A program made the position numbers and the translations under genes. The notes beneath the pieces are model-generated. The model did no database searches. It was not told the DNA's origin and worked only from the letters and a program-made list of their open reading frames with translations. Shown here piece after piece: positions 56,550 to 64,000 of a DNA stretch of 64,000 bases (position 1 is the first letter of the stretch; every line of letters begins with the position of its first letter). The DNA is taken from assembly GCA_963848295.1 (NCBI GenBank), contig CAWKDB010000010.1, forward strand, positions 672,001-736,000. The letters are read 5' to 3'. Source of the stretch: an uncultured delta proteobacterium. GTDB lineage: Bacteria; Myxococcota_A; Polyangia; Haliangiales; Haliangiaceae.

Positions 56550-58403
56550 TCAGCGGCGCCGGCGGCGGCGGACCACGAACCCGATCGCAAGGACGATCGG
56601 CCACAGCGAGGCTGGGTGCCCCACGCTGCACGAGTAGTAGCTCTTCTCGCCTCCCGGCCCACTATCCGAGCCGGTGTCCGAGCCGGCGCCGTCACCGGTC
56701 AGCGCCACGCTCGCGGTGCCACCATCGTAGTCGACCATGAACGTCGCGCTCTCGTTGCCGACCTCTTGCGCTTCGAACACGACGAGCCAAGTGGCTGCGC
56801 CGTTCGCGGGGATCTGCGCTTGATCCGGCGTCGCGACGATCGCGAACTCGCTCGCGTTCGGGCCGACGATCCGCGGATTGCTCGTCTGGATCGCGGTGGT
56901 CGAGCAGTTCGACAAGTTGATCTGCTGGCCGATCGTCGTGGTCTGGACCGGCGCGACCCCGAAGTAGACCGAGTCTGGGCTCGGCGTCACGCCCGCATCG
57001 AGCGCTTCGACCGCGAGTGCGATCGTGTCCGGCGCGCCACCCGGAATATCGGTCGTGACCGTCACCTGGGACTGCACCGCGCCCACCGCGGTCGGCGCCG
57101 CGATCACATCGAACGTCACCATGTTCGCGCCGTCGCCCGCGACCGAGGCCGGCAGCGTAGGCGGCATCACCGTGAACGGCGCGTCGGGCGTCGACAGCGC
57201 ACTGATCACGAACGAGCCGTCGGCGTCGCCGATCACGGTGAACGTCTGATCCTTGGTTTGGCCGGCGCACACCGGGCCGAAGTCGACCATCACGTCGGGG
57301 TTCACCGACATCGCGGTCGCGAGCGCCTGACCGGTGACTTGCACCGTGCGCGTCTGGCCGCCGTCATAGGTCGCGATCAGCGAGCCGGTGACCGACTCGG
57401 CCGTGCTCGCCGCGAACGAGACCTGCGCGTTGGCCGCGCCGCCACCGGCGGCGAGCACGGTGCCCGCAGCGGGGGCACTCATCAGCGTCATGTCGGTGCC
57501 AGTGAACGTCACGCTCTCGAGCGTCATCGACGCGGTGCCGGTGTTCGACAGATCGATCGTCTCCATCAGCGGCTCGCCGACGCGGGTCGTCGGGATCGTC
57601 GCGGGGCTCGGCGCGATCGACAGGTTCGAATCGATCCCGTTGCAGCTCAATGGCAGCGTCACGGTCGGGTGCGTCGGATCGTTGGACGTCACCACGAAGC
57701 TGCCGCTCATCCCCCCGGTCGCGGTCGGCGCGCACTCGAGCATGTACGGCTGCGACGAGCCCGGCGCGACGTTGTAGGCGCCGGTCGGGCCCGACGTGAT
57801 CGTGAAGCCGGCGGACGCGGTCACCGAGCTGACGCTCAACGTCGAGCCGCCGAGGTTGGCGACGCTGATCCCGACCGGCGTGCTCACCGTGTTGCGGCGG
57901 ACATCGCCGAACGCGATCGATCCCGGCGACACGCTGATCTCGATCGGCGGTGCCATCCCGGTGCCGGTCACCGAGAGTGTGGTCGACGATGTCGAGCCGG
58001 TGACGTAGATCGTGCACGCGATCGTCCCGACGACGTTCGGCGTGAAGGTCGCGGTGAACGAATACGTGTCGTATTCGTCCGGGATGCACGCGACCGGACA
58101 CACCGTCTGCGGGGGACCGGGACAGCCGACCTCGCAGGTCTCGTCGACCAACGCCGGCAAGCCCGGCGCGTTGACCGTGAACGCGCCACAGCTCGACGAG
58201 ATCGCAGTGATCAAGTCCGAGCTCGCCGCGCCACCGGATGGAGAGATCGTGATCGTCTGAGGCGGTGACGATTGCCCGATCAGCTCGGTTGGAAAGGTCG
58301 GGCTGGTGACCTTGATCAGGTACTCGGCAGTCTCCGACTCCGAGGGCACGCCCTGGCAGGCGCCGAGCACGAGCAACCCGAGACACAAGTTGGACCGCCG
58401 CAC
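56550..58403 (-). CDS. Surface protein with tandem Ig-like (choice-of-anchor D/ASH) domains and MYXO-CTERM-like tail
   Basis: Lipobox LGAC; repeated SPGSIAFG..V..NxG modules; C-terminus SYYSCSVG...LWPIVLAIGFVVRRRRRR. Confidence 0.85.
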   Translation of the reverse strand: MRRSNLCLGLLVLGACQGVPSESETAEYLIKVTSPTFPTELIGQSSPPQTITISPSGGAASSDLITAISSSCGAFTVNAPGLPALVDETCEVGCPGPPQTVCPVACIPDEYDTYSFTATFTPNVVGTIACTIYVTGSTSSTTLSVTGTGMAPPIEISVSPGSIAFGDVRRNTVSTPVGISVANLGGSTLSVSSVTASAGFTITSGPTGAYNVAPGSSQPYMLECAPTATGGMSGSFVVTSNDPTHPTVTLPLSCNGIDSNLSIAPSPATIPTTRVGEPLMETIDLSNTGTASMTLESVTFTGTDMTLMSAPAAGTVLAAGGGAANAQVSFAASTAESVTGSLIATYDGGQTRTVQVTGQALATAMSVNPDVMVDFGPVCAGQTKDQTFTVIGDADGSFVISALSTPDAPFTVMPPTLPASVAGDGANMVTFDVIAAPTAVGAVQSQVTVTTDIPGGAPDTIALAVEALDAGVTPSPDSVYFGVAPVQTTTIGQQINLSNCSTTAIQTSNPRIVGPNASEFAIVATPDQAQIPANGAATWLVVFEAQEVGNESATFMVDYDGGTASVALTGDGAGSDTGSDSGPGGEKSYYSCSVGHPASLWPIVLAIGFVVRRRRRR

Positions 58404-58457
58404 CGACCAAGGATCCCGCGCGTATCCTCGCGATGTCAACGGAAGAACCGCGGGTAG

Positions 58458-60169
<1,712 letters not shown>

Positions 60170-60170
<1 letters not shown>

Positions 60171-61192
60171 TGAAACGCATCGCCTGGGTCTTGGTTGCGC
60201 TCGTCGCGAGCGCAGGGCTCGCGACTGCCCAGCCGGCGCCATCGAGCGAGAAGGTCGACGCGAAGGCGCTGATGGCGTCGGGCCTCAAGCTGCTCACCGC
60301 GAAGGACTATCTCGGCGCGCTCGCGGTCTTCAAAGACGCGTACGCGCGGTTCCCGAGCGCGAGGATCCTGTTGAACATCGGCACGACGCTCCGCCTGCTC
60401 GACCGCAACGCCGATGCCGCGAACGCGTACCAGCGCTTCCTCGACGCGACCGACGCCGACCGCGTGAAGAAGCCAGAAGTCGTGCGGGTGCTCGCCACGC
60501 TCGACGCCACGCTCGGGACGCTCGAGATCACGTCGGATCCCGCCGACGCCGAGATCCAGATCGGCGACGACGAGTGGCGCCCGGTGTTCGACGTCAGGCG
60601 CTGGCGCGTCCCCCCGGGCACGGTCACGGTGCACGGCCGCCACGCTGGCTACGATCTCGGCGAGCGCTCGGTCACGATCGCCGCCGGCGCATCGGCGGCC
60701 GTGCCGATGGTACTCACGGCAACGGCGACGCCGGTCACGCCGACGACCACCGTGGTCTCGACCGGGTCGACCGGGATCCACGCCAGCGCTCGGCCGCTCG
60801 AGCCGCCGCCGATGAAGATCGGCGCGTTCGCGGCAGCGCACATCGACGTGCTCAACAAGGGCGGCGCCGCCGTGGTCGGCGCGCTCTACGACTTCACTCC
60901 GCGCATCGAGATCCAGGCCGCGGGCCTCATCGGCCCGAGCTCCGGCGCGTTCGTGGGCGGGCGGTTCGCGGTGTTGACCGGTGCGTTGAAGCCCCTCGTC
61001 AGCGCCGGGATGCCGGTCGTGTTCTCGAGCGGCCCGCGATTCTCGATCCGCGGAGCCGCCGGCGTCGAGTACGCGATCAATCGCCACCTCTCGATCATCG
61101 CGGAGGTGGGCGTCGAGCACGTGTTCAACCCCGAGGCGAACATCAAATCGACGCTGTTCGTGCCCGCGCTCGGCGCCGCTGGCCGGCTGTAA
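60170..61192 (+). CDS. Secreted TPR + PEGA + beta-barrel-like protein
   Basis: ATG overlaps the kinase stop; signal peptide; ILLNIG TPR; GTLEITSDPADAEI PEGA. Confidence 0.85.
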
Positions 61193-61203
61193 TCGGGACG
61201 GCC

Positions 61204-62349
61204 TCAGAGCCGGTAGTGGAGCTGGAGCAGCGACCAGCCACCCGTCGGCCCGCCCGACGGCTCGGTCGGGTTGTCGTTCGTGCGACCGAGCGCGAACAGC
61301 TCGACGCGATTGTTCAGGATCAGCTCGAGGTGCGACAGCATGAACCAATGCAAGTTGAGATCGACGCAGTCGCGCTCGAGGTTGCGGACGCGGATGTCCT
61401 CGTCGTAGTGGCCGAGCCCGACGTCGAGGAGGATCGACGAGGTGAACCAGTGCGACGCGAGTAGGTAACCGACGAGCGCGGTCGGCGCGCCTCCCGCGTC
61501 GATGACGTGGTCGGCGAGCTGCACCTCGGCCTGGACCAGGATGTCGGGGCTCGCGAAGTAGTACTTGCCGGTCAGGCCGCCGCGGTAGGTCTTCTCGTCC
61601 TTCGAGACGCCGATCAGGCCCTCGGCGCCGATCGCGGCGTGGCTGGTCGGTCGCCACTCGGCGTATACCGCCGCGCCGTTGTCGTGGTTGACCGGATCGA
61701 TGAGCGGATCGTGGACGAACCCGGTGAGGTGCGCCTCGTAGTCTTGTTTGATGTACTCGACCGCCGCGCCATAGGTCTCGCCGTAGAGCGGTGTGCCGCC
61801 GAATTGCCGGGTGTAGTCGACGTGCTCGGCGAGCCGCAGCCCGAACACCGGCATGAACCGGCCGGCGCGGATGAACAAGCCTTCGTTGCTGCCCGCGTCG
61901 GATTGCCACTGCAGGTAGTGCTCCCGCGACCACACGTACGTCGCCGCTTCGTTGCCGTACTCCGGCGGGCGGTAGCCGACCGTGACGTGCAGCTGGAACG
62001 CCTTGTAGGTCGCCGCCGCGTAGACGTCGACCTGCATCGGGAACGCCGCGAGGTAATCCTGCGGCGACTTGAAGTAGCCCCCGGTGGTGCGCACATCGCC
62101 GCCGAGCTCGAGCCAGCTCGGCAACGGGATCTTTCCGTACATGAACTCCGGCGGGTCGCCGAACTGCGACATCGCCTGCGACGCGGCCATGCCGTTCTCG
62201 TTGAGCAGGCCGCCGCCGGCGGGGTTGACGTGACAGCCGCTGCACGTGGCGTCGCGGCTCAGCTGAAATTGCGGATACGCGCGAGCGGGTCTCGCGGCGG
62301 TGGCCAGGCCCGCGACGATCGCGATGGCGACGAGCGCGTGCTTGGTCAC
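61204..62349 (-). CDS. Monoheme cytochrome c fused to a porin-like barrel (Cyc2-like architecture)
   Basis: Signal peptide then YPQFQLSRDATCSGCH; beta-strand pattern (IRAGRFMPVFG); terminal LQLHYRL. Confidence 0.75.
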   Translation of the reverse strand: MTKHALVAIAIVAGLATAARPARAYPQFQLSRDATCSGCHVNPAGGGLLNENGMAASQAMSQFGDPPEFMYGKIPLPSWLELGGDVRTTGGYFKSPQDYLAAFPMQVDVYAAATYKAFQLHVTVGYRPPEYGNEAATYVWSREHYLQWQSDAGSNEGLFIRAGRFMPVFGLRLAEHVDYTRQFGGTPLYGETYGAAVEYIKQDYEAHLTGFVHDPLIDPVNHDNGAAVYAEWRPTSHAAIGAEGLIGVSKDEKTYRGGLTGKYYFASPDILVQAEVQLADHVIDAGGAPTALVGYLLASHWFTSSILLDVGLGHYDEDIRVRNLERDCVDLNLHWFMLSHLELILNNRVELFALGRTNDNPTEPSGGPTGGWSLLQLHYRL

Positions 62350-62861
62350 TCGCAGACTCCCGTCGCGCAGGTACCCGGGCACGTCATCTGGAGCTCGCCG
62401 AAGTTGCCATCGGCCGTGCATGCGACGAGGTTGTTGCCGTCACACACGTAGCCGGTGTCCGGGACGCACTGCGCACCGTCGGCGCCCGCGGCGATCCAGT
62501 CTTGGATCAAGTAGATGTCCTCGTTCGGCATCGGCGCGTCGTACGGCATGCGGATCAAGCCGCTCAGCCCCGTGCGACTCGGTAATCCGGTGGTGATCGA
62601 CTGGTAGAGCTGCGAGCCGGTCGGCGCCATCTGATCGCCCGGCAGCACGACCAGGTTGTCGACGATCGAGGCACGTGCTCCGGCCACCGTATCGAGCACG
62701 TAGCCCTGGGCCTGCGCGAACGTCGAGTGGCACTCGGCCTTGCCGCACGTCGGTGCGAGGATCGCCTCGGTGATGTACGCCAGCGTCTGCGGTCGATCGT
62801 CGGCATCTCGAGTACAACCCGCGCTTGCGATCGCGAGCGCGAGCCACGCTAGACTTCGCAT
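62346..62861 (-). CDS. Lipoprotein with atypical CX4CH motif
   Basis: Lipobox SAGC; CGKAECH; RMPYD...IQDWIAAGA typical of small c-type cytochrome domains. Confidence 0.72.
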   Translation of the reverse strand: MRSLAWLALAIASAGCTRDADDRPQTLAYITEAILAPTCGKAECHSTFAQAQGYVLDTVAGARASIVDNLVVLPGDQMAPTGSQLYQSITTGLPSRTGLSGLIRMPYDAPMPNEDIYLIQDWIAAGADGAQCVPDTGYVCDGNNLVACTADGNFGELQMTCPGTCATGVCE

Positions 62862-62919
62862 AGGCAGCGACCATACAGCACAGCCGCGCGGCGACGCGAC
62901 TGCACGGCGGTACGCTGTG

Positions 62920-63471
62920 TTACTTGGTCGAGCGGGCGCGTGCGCGACGCAGGGTCGATCCCGCCCCACTCGAGCTCAATCGCGCGAACCGCGCGGGCGC
63001 AGTGGGCCGGCGGACGCGGCGCGACAGGGCCGGCGGCGGCGGCGCGGCGCGATACGCGACGGCATCGCGGTTCTCACCGCGCAACACCAGGCGAACGCCG
63101 GCAAACGAACCGATCGAGCACACCTTGTTGTCGATCATGCCCGCGGCGAGCGCGATCCGACGCACGACGTCTTCGGTGACGTCGGTGCCGCGCTTGGACC
63201 GCTTCGGCCACGCGACCCAGAACCCGCCTTCGGGATGCAGCCGCGCCGCGATGTCGGCGAACCGGCGCTCGAGATCCGCGATGCGATCGACGAACAGCAC
63301 CACCACATCGACCGGCGGCAATCGCAGATCGTGCGCGATCCGGACGTCATCCTCGGCCGCGGACACGGCGAACCGGCGCGCGAACGCGACCGGCGCGTTC
63401 AGCAGGCAGACCTTGTTGCCTGCTTTGATCCCCAGCTTCTTGGGGAGTGGTGTTCCCGATGTGCCAGCCAT
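62920..63471 (-). CDS. DUF3052-like protein
   Basis: SGTPLPKKLGIK, GFWVAWPK, DVTEDVVR, MIDNKVCSI. Confidence 0.8.
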   Translation of the reverse strand: MAGTSGTPLPKKLGIKAGNKVCLLNAPVAFARRFAVSAAEDDVRIAHDLRLPPVDVVVLFVDRIADLERRFADIAARLHPEGGFWVAWPKRSKRGTDVTEDVVRRIALAAGMIDNKVCSIGSFAGVRLVLRGENRDAVAYRAAPPPPALSRRVRRPTAPARFARLSSSGAGSTLRRARARSTK

Positions 63472-63707
63472 GTCCGATCGGGATAATGCAGCCGCCGCGT
63501 ACGAGGTCAAACAGGAAGCCCCGAACATCTCGTAAGTCTCGGTGGCGGTTAGGATCTTCTCCGATCTCTCCGCTCCCGCGCTTTGGTGATGATCGGTACG
63601 CTTTCGCGAGCGAATAGCGGGCATTCCGGCCGGTTGCAAAAAGTGGTGGTCGTGACCGGCCGTTTCCTTGACTTTGCAGTCCGAGTTCGTCACCAAGCGA
63701 TCACCAC

Positions 63708-64000
63708 GTGCCCAACGGTCTCCTGCTCGTCAACCTCGGCACGCCCGACGCGCCGACCACCGCCGCGGTCCGGCGCTACCTCGCGGAGTTTCTGTCCGAC
63801 CCGCGCGTGATCGACATCAACCCGGTGTTGCGCGCGCTGCTGCTCCACCTCGTCATCCTGCGCGTCCGCCCCGCGAAGAGCGCCCGCGCCTACCAGGCCG
63901 TGTGGGATGTCGAGCGCGGCTCGCCGTTGCTCTATCACTCGCGCGATCTGGCGGCCGCCGTCGCCGCCCGGCTCGGCGGGAGCTGGAAGGTCGAGCTCGC
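63708..64000 (+). CDS. hemH: Ferrochelatase, 3'-truncated by the window
   Basis: [42 protein letters not shown] (translated by hand). Confidence 0.93.
   Translation, partial: MPNGLLLVNLGTPDAPTTAAVRRYLAEFLSDPRVIDINPVLRALLLHLVILRVRPAKSARAYQAVWDVERGSPLLYHSRDLAAAVAARLGGSWKVEL

Noticed and set aside
55323..58268. 981-aa ORF with GYGYG repeats, and the ATATAT/VAVAVA ORFs
   Set aside because: Read-through of the hexamer tracts and antisense shadow of the Ig-domain gene

Overview
High-GC bacterial DNA, very probably Myxococcota (three eukaryotic-like Ser/Thr kinases with TPR partners, an FHA-sigma54 activator, MYXO-CTERM-like tails, Cys-rich lipoproteins). The first third holds housekeeping genes (phosphomannomutase, rnd, acnA, glpX, hom, eno), several broken by single-base indels that look like long-read errors. 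The centre (27-50 kb) is a lipid region: a class-III aminotransferase with two CDP-alcohol phosphatidyltransferases; a hopanoid operon (hpnH, hpnG-like, hpnA, shc, single-subunit squalene synthase, Omp85-like barrel); a BstA/B/C-like lipid transport trio; an Aur1/IPC-synthase-like enzyme; a TetR regulator with a candidate operator; and two BPI/LBP-like lipoproteins. The most unusual non-coding signal involves three four-helix-bundle (Avd/IVS-like) genes. Two divergent copies at 55-56.5 kb each follow a ~190-nt long hairpin with compensatory base changes and sit next to (GGCTAC)n tracts. A third at 12.1-12.6 kb is enclosed by ~50-bp inverted repeats built from heptamers. A Cyc2-like cytochrome-porin pair and the start of hemH end the window. 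No rRNA, tRNA, cas genes, transposase or reverse transcriptase were recognised. Family calls come from motif recognition by eye, not database searches.
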